Origin: Meiothermus sp.
GTDB taxonomy: Bacteria > Deinococcota > Deinococci > Deinococcales > Thermaceae
Assembly (NCBI GenBank): GCA_033762915.1
Contig: JANRLD010000013.1
Span: forward strand, 1 to 64,000
DNA: 64,000 nucleotides
Reading direction: 5' to 3'
How positions within the stretch are numbered: the stretch's first letter is position 1; each line of letters starts with the position of its first letter. The notes under the pieces are model-generated. The model was not told the origin of the DNA and made no database searches. It saw nothing but the letters and a program-made list of their open reading frames with translations. Shown here piece after piece: positions 8,411-16,943 of the stretch. The translations under genes were made by a program, and so were the position numbers.

Positions 8411-10093
8411 ATGAAACCCAACCTTCGCACGTTTGCGGTTCTGGGGGCTATCGGCTGTCTGCTGGGGGGCCTCCTGGGCGAGCTGCTCTTAAGGCCCTCC
8501 GGGAGCGCTCCAGCGGCCTCCGGTCGCAACGCCATTGTGCTGGTGATTGACGCCTCGGGCAGCATGAACGACGACGGCAAGCTGCCCGAGGTCAAGCAGG
8601 CCGCCTCCAGTTTTGTCCGCCGACAGAACCTTAACCAAACCTTAATCGCCGTGGTGGGCTTCGGCAGCCGTGCCCGTCTCGAGGCCCCCCTGACCTCCAA
8701 CCGGGCCGAACTCCTCAGCGCCATCGAGCGCATCCAGGACGGCGGCGGCACCCGGATGGACATCGGGCTGGCGGAGGGCTACAGCGCCCTGCAGTCCGCC
8801 GACGCCAGGGGCCGGAGCATCCTGCTCTTCACCGACGGTCAACCAGACAACGCCCGCGCCGCGCTGCGGGTCGGTCAGCAGATCCGTAACCAGGGCATCG
8901 GGCTGGTGGCGGTGGGCACCGGGGACGCCAACGTCAACTTCCTGATCGAGCTAGCGGGCAGCGCCACCCGCGTCTTCCCCGCCAGCAGCGGCCAGTTCGA
9001 GGCCGCCTTCGAGCAGGCCGAGCGGGCCATCCGCCAGCTATTCGGCGGCGGCGGCAACGTCAGCGGGGTGCAGGCCCTATGGGAGTCGTTGCTGCGCGGC
9101 GGCCTGATGGCCCTGGGGCTGGCCTTCTTGCTGATGCTGGGCCAAAACATCCTGACCCTGCGCGGGCGCTGGTTCCGCGACCTGGGCTGGGTTTCCCTGA
9201 GCGCGGCGGGCCTGGGCGCGGTCTCGGCCTTCGTGGGCCAAACCTTGCTCCTGGCGGCCGGCACTGGGCGCGGCCTGGGCTGGACGATCCTGGGTGCGGG
9301 GGCGGGGTTGTTTTTGGGGCTGGCGGACCGCTCGAGTGCCAAGACCCTACGCGGAGCCCTGGGCGGCGCGGCGGGCGGCCTGATCGGCGGGCTGATCTTC
9401 GAAATGCTGCTGAGCCTCGGCCTGGGCGTGGCGGCCCGGCTGGTGGGCTTCGCCGTCCTGGGGGCCTTTGTGGGCCTGATGGTGCAGTGGGCGCAGCAGG
9501 CCTTCAGGCAGGCCTGGCTGGTCGGCACGACGACGGGCCCCTACGAGGGCAAGGAGTACATCCTGGCCAAGCCCGCCGTGACGGTGGGGCGCTCCGACGC
9601 CAACGACATCGGCCTCTACCGCGAGAAGGACCTGCCCCTGAAGGCGGGGACGCTAAAGCTCGAGCAGGGACAGTGGCGCTGGGAGGGCGAGGCTACTGAG
9701 GTCAACGGCCAGACCGCGACCAGCGCCGCCCTCAGCTCCGGCGACCGCATCCGCTTCGGGGCCACCGAGTTCTTGTTCCGCGTGCGCGGCGGAGCGCCCA
9801 GCGAAGCCAAAGAGGCCTGGATGCTCCAGGGTAACCGCCAAAACTACCCCTTGCCCTTCCCCCTGCGGAGCGTCACCGTTGGCTCCGACGTGCGTTCGGG
9901 GGTGATGATACCGGGCCTGGCCTCCCAGCACGCCGAGGTGCGGATGGGCGCGGAGGGCCTCGAGATCAAAGCCCTGGCAGAGGGTGTCCAGGTCAACGGC
10001 CAGGCGGTCCCCCCGGGCCAGAGCGCGGCACTAAAGCCTGGCGCCCTGATCCAACTGGGCGAGGAGGAACTGGCGCTGACCAGGAGAAGGTGA
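8411..10093 (+). CDS. vWA domain - multi-TM - FHA - FHA protein
   Basis: MIDAS DASGS...T...FTDG; Gly-rich TM block; VTVGRSDANDI and VTVGSD...SQHAEV..VQVNG FHA-like domains. Confidence 0.88.
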   Translation: MKPNLRTFAVLGAIGCLLGGLLGELLLRPSGSAPAASGRNAIVLVIDASGSMNDDGKLPEVKQAASSFVRRQNLNQTLIAVVGFGSRARLEAPLTSNRAELLSAIERIQDGGGTRMDIGLAEGYSALQSADARGRSILLFTDGQPDNARAALRVGQQIRNQGIGLVAVGTGDANVNFLIELAGSATRVFPASSGQFEAAFEQAERAIRQLFGGGGNVSGVQALWESLLRGGLMALGLAFLLMLGQNILTLRGRWFRDLGWVSLSAAGLGAVSAFVGQTLLLAAGTGRGLGWTILGAGAGLFLGLADRSSAKTLRGALGGAAGGLIGGLIFEMLLSLGLGVAARLVGFAVLGAFVGLMVQWAQQAFRQAWLVGTTTGPYEGKEYILAKPAVTVGRSDANDIGLYREKDLPLKAGTLKLEQGQWRWEGEATEVNGQTATSAALSSGDRIRFGATEFLFRVRGGAPSEAKEAWMLQGNRQNYPLPFPLRSVTVGSDVRSGVMIPGLASQHAEVRMGAEGLEIKALAEGVQVNGQAVPPGQSAALKPGALIQLGEEELALTRRR

Positions 10094-10109
10094 AGGCGGC
10101 TTGAGACAA

Positions 10110-10148
10110 CGAAAGGCGGCGAAGGCGTTTAGCCTTCGCCGCCTTTCG
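10110..10148. terminator. Perfect 17-bp GC hairpin between convergent genes (probable bidirectional terminator)
   Basis: CGAAAGGCGGCGAAGGC-GTTTA-GCCTTCGCCGCCTTTCG; no strong U tract. Confidence 0.6.
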
Positions 10149-10155
10149 CCGCTCA

Positions 10156-10255
10156 GAGCGGTGCTCACGCATACGCCCTACGGCGCTAAAGCGGACGGTT
10201 TTTGCTGTAGAGGAGTACATTACCTGCTGCCGCGAGGGAGGTAATGGTGGGAAAC
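10156..10255 (+). repeat. GTAG-type hairpin repeat, family 2 (copy also at 59175-59261; core at 48957-48995)
   Basis: GAGCGGTGCTCACGCATACGCCCTAC...GGTTTTTGCTGTAGAGGAGTACATTACCTGCTGCC...GGTAATGGTGGGAAAC aligns along its length with 59175-59261. Confidence 0.8.
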
Positions 10256-10259
10256 GTGA

Positions 10260-11474
10260 TCACACTGCGATCTTGTGCTGCCGCACCAGTGCCGGCGGGG
10301 TGAGGATGTCCGGGTGGGGCAGGGGGGTGATGAGCTTACCGCCGCGCCTGAGGTACTCCTCGTACTGGATGCTGGCCGACTCGGGGTCTTCGCCTAGCAG
10401 CAGCAGGTAGTCGGGCTGCTCCTCGAGCAACTTGTGCGGGCTGAAGGTGGGCACCTGCATGCCGGATAGGTACTTGCCCTGCCGGCTGGGCTCGGGGTCG
10501 ATCACAAACTCGATCACCTCGCGGCCCAGGCCCACGTAGTTGAGCAGGGTGTTGCCCTGGGGGGTCGCGCCGAGGGCGGCGATGCGGCGGCCCTTGGCCC
10601 GAAGTTCGGTCAGCATCGCCAGCAAGGCCTCGCGCACCGCCGCCACCCGGCAGCCGAACTCGAGGTAGAGGTTGGGCTGGTTGAGGCCAAGGCGGCCCTC
10701 CTCCTCCAGGTACCAGCCCACCGAACTGTCGGCGCTGCGGGCCTTGCCCACGAAATAGCGCATGTAGCCCTCGGTAATGGGCTCGATGCGCTGGAGCCAT
10801 AGGCTGTGGCGGCGCATCAGGTCGTGCAGGGCAGTGACGCTGAAGTAGTGCAGGTGTTGGTGGCCGAAGTCGTTGAAGTGGCGGCCCTCGAGGGTGTGGT
10901 ACAGGTAGGGCAGCTCGAGCACGATCACCCCGGTGTCCTTGAGCGCCACCCCCAGCCCCTCGATGGTGCCGTTGAGGTCTGAGTGGCGGGCCAGGGCCTG
11001 GTTGGCCAGGATTACGTCGCCCTTGAGGCCATCGGCAGCGAGCTGCTGGGCGAAGGGGCGGCTGAACTCCTCGGTGCGGGTGGGGATGCCGCGCACCAGG
11101 CTGTTCTTGGCGGTCTCGCCCTGGGGCTCCAGGTGCAGCACCCGCACCCCGGCCTGCATCAGCATCCGCAGCAACTCGCTGGTGCCCCCCACCGAGAGCA
11201 CCAGGTGGTGCGGCCCCAGGTGGCGCTCGTGCAGCAGCCGCTCTAGCAGACCCACGGTGGGCGGGCCAAAGCTGGACTGGGCGACCTGGGCGGGCTCGCT
11301 GGTGGTTTGCACCAGGCTACAGCGCTTGCAGAAGGCCACCTCGAGCGAGCCGCGCGGCTCGGGGTTGGCGAGGTGCTCGGGGGCGATCAGGGTGGTCAGG
11401 GGCAGGCGACCCAGACTCAGGAAGGATAGAAGTTCGCTGGAACCACAGGAGCGGCAGGTCTTGACCTTTTTCAT
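10260..11474 (-). CDS. NDP-hexose C-methyltransferase-like protein (Zn-binding N-terminus, Methyltransf_14-type C-terminus), catalytic motifs degenerate
   Basis: CRSC...CKRCSLVQ; GATPQGNTLLNY, FVID..P.RQGKYLSG, PDYLLLL; start at MKKVKTC. Confidence 0.85.
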   Translation of the reverse strand: MKKVKTCRSCGSSELLSFLSLGRLPLTTLIAPEHLANPEPRGSLEVAFCKRCSLVQTTSEPAQVAQSSFGPPTVGLLERLLHERHLGPHHLVLSVGGTSELLRMLMQAGVRVLHLEPQGETAKNSLVRGIPTRTEEFSRPFAQQLAADGLKGDVILANQALARHSDLNGTIEGLGVALKDTGVIVLELPYLYHTLEGRHFNDFGHQHLHYFSVTALHDLMRRHSLWLQRIEPITEGYMRYFVGKARSADSSVGWYLEEEGRLGLNQPNLYLEFGCRVAAVREALLAMLTELRAKGRRIAALGATPQGNTLLNYVGLGREVIEFVIDPEPSRQGKYLSGMQVPTFSPHKLLEEQPDYLLLLGEDPESASIQYEEYLRRGGKLITPLPHPDILTPPALVRQHKIAV

Positions 11475-11776
11475 CGGGAATCCTCGGTCTTGATATGGGC
11501 TGGATTTCCGGGTCGCCTCGAGCCACTCCACCGTCGCTCGAGACCCCTGCACTCCCCCAAGATGCTTTATAAATTAGAACTAAGGCCGTGAAAGCCTCGT
11601 TATCCGCGTTTTCCCGCTTGGCAAACGGCTTTCTAACCGTCGTTATGGCGATTTAACAATTAATAATGAGAGGCAACGTAAGCGTAACGCCAAAAAATAA
11701 CGCCGTAATGGGCTTTTTCTAGGGATGTTTCGCGGGCGCGAACAGTCTGATGCTCGGCCACTGGCCTTCGGCCCGT

Positions 11777-12319
11777 TCAGTAGCTGTGCTCGTAAAAGAT
11801 GGGAGGGCGGCTCTCCATCCACTCCTCGGGCAGCAGGCTGTACATGTAGAAGTCCCAGGGCTGGCCCCGGATCCAGCGCCAGCGGCGCAGCAGGCCCTCG
11901 CGCTTGAAGCCCAGCTTCTCGAGGGCCTTCTGGGAGCGGGGGTTGTGCACATGGGCGATGGCCTGGATGCGCTTGAGCTCGAGCGGCCCAAAGGCGTAGT
12001 CGAACAGCACCACCTTGGCCTCGGTGTTGATGCCCGAGCCCCAGTAGGGCGCGCCCAGCCAGGTCTCGGTCTCGCCGGAGTGGTTGGCCCAGTCGGAGTG
12101 CAGCCCGATCACCCCCGCCGGCCGGCCCTCGAACTCGATCACAAAGAAGCCCACCTTCTGGCGCAGCTCGTTGAGGTATTCCCAGGTCTGGTGCTCGCTC
12201 TGGTGGGGGTCCCAGTAGACGTAGGGCGAGAGCGCGGGGTCGGCGGCCAGCCGGAACATCTCGGCGGTGTCCTCGTCTTTGGGAGGCCGGAGGAGCACAC
12301 GGGGGCCGCGCAGTTCCAT
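11777..12319 (-). CDS. RimJ/RimL-type GNAT N-acetyltransferase
   Basis: ETWLGAPYWGSGINTEAK, NPRSQKALEKLGFKREG; ATG 8 nt after a TATTCT -10-like hexamer. Confidence 0.9.
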   Translation of the reverse strand: MELRGPRVLLRPPKDEDTAEMFRLAADPALSPYVYWDPHQSEHQTWEYLNELRQKVGFFVIEFEGRPAGVIGLHSDWANHSGETETWLGAPYWGSGINTEAKVVLFDYAFGPLELKRIQAIAHVHNPRSQKALEKLGFKREGLLRRWRWIRGQPWDFYMYSLLPEEWMESRPPIFYEHSY

Positions 12320-12419
12320 AAAGGTTAAGAATAGCTTACCGCAAACGGGTCTGGGCGGTGATGCTAGGCGGAGCCCACGGGCCGTCTTGCGGTGGGGAGA
12401 CACCACCAGCTTTTAGAGC

Positions 12420-14357
12420 CTAATCCTCGAGGTAGGTGTACCCCGTCAGCTCCCGCGCGTACTGCTCCATCAGCGAGCCCTTCTCGGAGGGCTTGAGCTT
12501 GGAGCTTCGCACCAGCTTCTCCATGGCCTCGGACAGCTCGTCGTCCTCGTAGCCCATCTTCTCGATCACCCGCCGGGCCTTCTCACCCATCACGAAGCGC
12601 TCGATGTCGTAGCCCTCGTCGTCCACGGTCACGTGGGCCTCGCCGATGCGGCCGAAGAGGTTGTGGCTCATGCCAAGCACGTCCTGGTAGGCCCCGGTCA
12701 GGAAGACGCCCAGGTAGTAGTTCTCGCCGGGGCGTATGGCGTGGACGGGCAGGGTGTGGCGCACATCGTGGGTGTCGATGAAGCGGTCGAACTTGCCGTC
12801 GGAGTCACAGGTGATGTCGACCAGGGTGGCCTCGCGGGTGGGGCGCTCGTCGAGCCTCGAGAGGGGCACAATGGGGAACATCTGCTTGATGGCCCAGGAG
12901 TCCGGCAGGCTCTGGAACAGGCTAAAGTTGCAGACCAGCTTGTCGGCCAGCATCTTCTGGAGGTCTTCGAGCTCGTCGGCCGGGTAGTCCAGCTCCAGGG
13001 CCAGCTTCAGCACCTTGCGGGCGATCTGGTAGAACAGGCTCTCGCCCAGGGCGCGGTCGCGCAGGGACACCAGCCCCAGGTCGTAGAGGCTTTGCAGGGT
13101 ATCCTTGTTGGAGAAGGCGTCGTGGTAGACCTCGCGGTAGTTCTTGGCCGAGACGCCCTTGGCCAGGTCGAACATGTCCTTGACCACCGGGTGGGCGTCC
13201 TTGGGCTGCTCGAGCTTCTCCTCGCCGGGGGCGCGGATCGTATCCACTACCTCGAGCACCAGCACGCTGTGGTAGGCGGTGATGGCCCGCCCCGACTCCG
13301 TGACCAGGATCGGGTGGGGCTCCTTGTGGCCGTCGCAGACCTCCTTGGTGACGTAGACCAGGTCTTCGGCGTACTCCGAGAGGCCGTAGTTGGCCGAAGC
13401 GTAGAAGGCAGTCTTGGAGCCGTCGTAGTCGACCGCCAGCCCGCCCCCCAGGTTGAGATAGCGCACCGGGGCGCCCAGCTTGCGCAACTGCACGTAGGTC
13501 TGGGCGATTTCGCGCACGGCCTGCTTGATGCGGCGGATGTCGGTCACCTGCGAGCCGATGTGCGAGTGCAGCATGGCGATGGTGCCCAGCATCCCGGCTT
13601 CGGCGAGGCGGTCGATGGCCTTGATGATCTCGGGCGTGGTGAAGCCGAACTTGGCCGACTCCCCGCCCGACTCCTCCCAGCTGCCGCTGCCCTTGGTCTT
13701 GAGCTTGTAGCGGATGCCAAGCTGGGGCTCCACGTCCAACTCGGTGGCGATGCGCAGCACCCGCTCGAGCTCGGCGAACTTCTCGAGGGTGATCACCACG
13801 TTCTTGCCCAGCTTCTTGCCCATCAGGGCCAGCCGGATGAAGTCGTCGTCCTTGAAGCCGTTGCAGGCGATCAGGGCGTCCTTGTGGGTGTCCTGGGCCA
13901 GGATCAGGGCCAACTCGGCCTTGGAGCCGGCCTCAAGGCCGTGGGCGTAGGGCTTGCCGGACTTGGCGACCGTCTCCACCACCATCCGCCGCTGGTTGAC
14001 CTTGACCGGGAAGAGGCCCTGGTAGCGCCCCCCGTACTCGTACTTCTTGATGGCCTTGCGGAAGGCCTCGTTCAGCTCGACCACGCGGCTCTCGAGGATC
14101 TGCGGGAAGCGCAGCATCACTGGCAGCGGGCGGCCCTCGTCGCGCAGGTCGGTCACGATCTCGTGCAGCGAGACCGAGAAGCCGTCGGGCCCCTCGGGCG
14201 TGACGTGCAGCTCGCCGTCCTCGCCTACGCGAAAATACCCCGCCGCCCAGTGGGGGACGAGGTAGGTCTCTTCGGCGTCCTTAGCGGTGTATCGTTTGAG
14301 CTTTTCCAATTCGGATCGGTTCTCCTCGAGGGGTTGACGCGGAGTCTCCTGCCCCAC
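12420..14357 (-). CDS. speA: Biosynthetic arginine decarboxylase
   Basis: FPVKVNQ (PLP Lys), GLEAGSKAEL, HSHIGSQ, NLGGGLAVDYDGS, DITCDSDG, GAYQDVLG; true start may be TTG at 14309. Confidence 0.96.
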   Translation of the reverse strand: MGQETPRQPLEENRSELEKLKRYTAKDAEETYLVPHWAAGYFRVGEDGELHVTPEGPDGFSVSLHEIVTDLRDEGRPLPVMLRFPQILESRVVELNEAFRKAIKKYEYGGRYQGLFPVKVNQRRMVVETVAKSGKPYAHGLEAGSKAELALILAQDTHKDALIACNGFKDDDFIRLALMGKKLGKNVVITLEKFAELERVLRIATELDVEPQLGIRYKLKTKGSGSWEESGGESAKFGFTTPEIIKAIDRLAEAGMLGTIAMLHSHIGSQVTDIRRIKQAVREIAQTYVQLRKLGAPVRYLNLGGGLAVDYDGSKTAFYASANYGLSEYAEDLVYVTKEVCDGHKEPHPILVTESGRAITAYHSVLVLEVVDTIRAPGEEKLEQPKDAHPVVKDMFDLAKGVSAKNYREVYHDAFSNKDTLQSLYDLGLVSLRDRALGESLFYQIARKVLKLALELDYPADELEDLQKMLADKLVCNFSLFQSLPDSWAIKQMFPIVPLSRLDERPTREATLVDITCDSDGKFDRFIDTHDVRHTLPVHAIRPGENYYLGVFLTGAYQDVLGMSHNLFGRIGEAHVTVDDEGYDIERFVMGEKARRVIEKMGYEDDELSEAMEKLVRSSKLKPSEKGSLMEQYARELTGYTYLED

Positions 14358-14538
14358 AGCCTACGGCCACGGCGTAGGCGCGCCGCCCGTGAACTGTCCG
14401 ACAAAGAGTGTAGGGCAAAACCCCGCCAGATTCCAGTAATAAGACCTGACAGGTGGTTGAGGATTCGGCCGGGGAGCCGCCGCCGACTTTGCTTGAGGCC
14501 CACTTCGGGCCTGAGGGGTCTCGAGTAATCTATTAGCC

Positions 14539-15363
14539 GTGAGCGTCAAGGAAGCCCTCGAGGCCCGCTACCACACCCCCCTGACCCGCTTCGGGCGCGG
14601 CTCGGAGGCCAGGACCTACCGGGGCGGCGGACTGGTCTTTAAGGTCTACGCCCCCAGGGAGTCCAACGCGGCCCTGCGCGAGTACCGCAACTTCGGCAGG
14701 GCCGGGCTGGGGAGCTGGGCGGTGGAGCATTTCTTGCTCGAGGGCCACGGCATCTTCGTGCTGCGGGAGTACCCTGGCACGCCGCTCGGCCCCGAAAACG
14801 TAAACGACGCGGCCATCGAGCATCTGGCCCGGTTTTTCGACCATCTGCACCGCGTCCGCGAGCCGGGCGAGACCAACCGCGACGTGCTGGAGTACCGCCT
14901 CGAGCTGTTCACCGAGTGGCTCTCGGACATTCCCGACGCGCTGGGACTGATCGGCCGACTCAAAAACCGCCTCGATGAACTGGTGGGCGTCCCGCTTTCC
15001 TTCTGCCACAAAGACCCCTGGGCGGGCAACATCCTGCTCAAGAACCCGGAAGTCGACGGCGGCTTCCCGCCCGCGCTGGTGGTGGACTGGGCGCGGGCGG
15101 CGGGCGAAGATCCGGCCAGGGACTTTGCCATCTTCAAGACCGGCAGCCTGGACCAGTTGGGCGAGGCGCAGGCCAAGCGCTGCCTCGAGCACATGGTCAA
15201 CCTCCAGCGCGACTCCCAGGGGCTGTGGGCGCGCCTACATCTGTGGATCCCCCTGACCTACCTGCACGACCTCTACTGGTTCCGCCGCAACGAGCCCGAC
15301 GGTTTTGCGGCCGCGATGAGAGAGAAACTGCCGCGGGCGCTCGAGTTCTACGCAGGCAAGTAG
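14539..15363 (+). CDS. Aminoglycoside-phosphotransferase (APH)/choline-kinase family protein
   Basis: GRGSEA, VFKVY, CHKDPWAGNIL, VVDW, DPARDFA. Confidence 0.85.
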   Translation: MSVKEALEARYHTPLTRFGRGSEARTYRGGGLVFKVYAPRESNAALREYRNFGRAGLGSWAVEHFLLEGHGIFVLREYPGTPLGPENVNDAAIEHLARFFDHLHRVREPGETNRDVLEYRLELFTEWLSDIPDALGLIGRLKNRLDELVGVPLSFCHKDPWAGNILLKNPEVDGGFPPALVVDWARAAGEDPARDFAIFKTGSLDQLGEAQAKRCLEHMVNLQRDSQGLWARLHLWIPLTYLHDLYWFRRNEPDGFAAAMREKLPRALEFYAGK

Positions 15364-15549
15364 TCGCCGGCCTTTCTAGCCCCTTATCCGTGGGCCAAAT
15401 CACCCCAAGGCCAGCCCCCGTTCCTCTTGTGGGAGGGTGCTGGGTGAGGGGCGGCGAGCCGGGCGAATGCCCCTTCGGCCCGCGCGTCGCTTTGGGCGCC
15501 CGGGGCCCGGCGCTTAGCGTTGGGCCAACCTTGGCCTTACAATCACCCC

Positions 15550-16362
15550 ATGAAACAGTACCGGGTCAAGCCTGGGGCCAGGCTCAAGCTGTCTAAGTTC
15601 GACCCCGACGACACCAGCGCTTTCAAGGGCGGCAAGGGCACCAAAGAGCAGGCCCTGGCCGAGACGGAAGAGCTGAGGAAAAGGCTCGAGCACCTCCAAG
15701 AACTCCTCTACGCCCAGGGCAAGCACAAGCTGCTGATCGTGCTACAGGCGATGGACGCGGGCGGCAAGGACGGGACCATCCGGGTGGTGTTTGATGGCGT
15801 GAACCCCACGGGCGTGCGGGTGGCCAGCTTCAAGGCCCCCACCTCGGCCGAGCTGGCCCGGGACTACCTCTGGCGCGTACACGCCCACGCCCCGGCCAAG
15901 GGCGAGATGGTCATCTTCAACCGCAGCCACTACGAAGACGTGCTGGTGGTGCGGGTGCGAAACCTGGCCCCCAAGGCGGTTTGGAAAAAGCGTTACGAAC
16001 ACATCCGCAACTTTGAGCAGATGCTTTCGGACGAGGGCGTGACCATCCTAAAGTTCTACTTGCACATCTCCAAGGAAGAACAAAAAGTCCGGCTCCAGGA
16101 GCGCCTCGATAACCCCGAGAAGCGCTGGAAGTTCGACAAGGGCGACCTCGACAACCGCGCCCTCTGGGACGAGTACATGGCCGCGTTTGAGGATGCCCTG
16201 AGCAAGACCAGCACCGACCAGGCCCCCTGGTTCGTGATCCCGGCCAACAAGAACTGGTATCGCAACTGGCTGGTCTCCAAGATCATCGTCGAGGCCCTTG
16301 AGAGCCTGAAGATGAGCTACCCCGACCCCGAGGCGGGGCTCGAGAAGATAAGGATCAGGTAA
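15550..16362 (+). CDS. ppk2: Polyphosphate kinase 2, class III
   Basis: QAMDAGGKDG Walker A, FNRSHYEDV Walker B; closely resembles Meiothermus ruber PPK2-III as I recall it; TACAAT-6nt-ATG leaderless start. Confidence 0.95.
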   Translation: MKQYRVKPGARLKLSKFDPDDTSAFKGGKGTKEQALAETEELRKRLEHLQELLYAQGKHKLLIVLQAMDAGGKDGTIRVVFDGVNPTGVRVASFKAPTSAELARDYLWRVHAHAPAKGEMVIFNRSHYEDVLVVRVRNLAPKAVWKKRYEHIRNFEQMLSDEGVTILKFYLHISKEEQKVRLQERLDNPEKRWKFDKGDLDNRALWDEYMAAFEDALSKTSTDQAPWFVIPANKNWYRNWLVSKIIVEALESLKMSYPDPEAGLEKIRIR

Positions 16363-16408
16363 GGCGGTTAGCGGTTGGCAGTTGGCCAAGCGCCAATGGC
16401 TAAAGGCC

Positions 16409-16846
16409 CTACTGCTGCACCACCTCAGCCTGCCACGGCTCCACCACCACCTTGACCTCGACCGGCATGTTCAGGCTGGCCGAGACCGAGCAGTACTTCT
16501 CGTGGGAGAGCTGGGCGGCCTTGCTGAGGGCCTCGTAGGTGACGCTGGGGCCGGAGGCGTAATGGGTCACTACGATGCGGGTGTAGCGGCGGGGGTGATC
16601 CTCGGCGCGCTCGCCCACCGCCTCGACACGGTAGCTGCCGAGGGCCTGGCGCTTTTTCTCCATGATGTCCACCACGTCGTAGGCGGTGCAGCCAGCCAGC
16701 GCGGCCAGCAGCAGCTCCATCGGACGCATCCCGGTGGCGGGCTGGTCCCCGTCGATCATCACCTTGTCGCCCTGCTCGTTCTGACCCAGAAAACGGTGTC
16801 CGACCAGGCGCTCGAGAACTACCTTTTTGGTTGCCATATTCGACAT
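16409..16846 (-). CDS. OsmC/YhfA family protein
   Basis: RPMELLLAALAGCT...EKYCSV. Confidence 0.92.
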   Translation of the reverse strand: MSNMATKKVVLERLVGHRFLGQNEQGDKVMIDGDQPATGMRPMELLLAALAGCTAYDVVDIMEKKRQALGSYRVEAVGERAEDHPRRYTRIVVTHYASGPSVTYEALSKAAQLSHEKYCSVSASLNMPVEVKVVVEPWQAEVVQQ

Positions 16847-16943
16847 TCTCCGTCCAAGTGATGAGAGATATTGGCCCTTGGCTTGCTCTTTCGGGGAAAG
16901 AGGAGGAACCCCCAGCCCTCGGCCCTACTCTTTCCCCCTTCCC

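Noticed and set aside
11672..11689. Possible SARP box on the minus strand (CGTTACG-ctta-CGTTGCC)
   Set aside because: One mismatch in each half and no good -10 at the 10-nt spacing seen in the other sites; kept only as a weak candidate
12633..14528. Long antisense and alternative-frame ORFs (e.g. 12633..14528, 17559..18929, 39519..41072, 49509..51020)
   Set aside because: Shadow ORFs opposite well-supported genes, as expected at high GC; no family motifs
14361..14549. 62-aa ORF upstream of speA as a leader peptide
   Set aside because: It starts inside the divergent gene and spans the predicted -10, so it is unlikely to lie on the speA transcript; it has no Arg-rich tract
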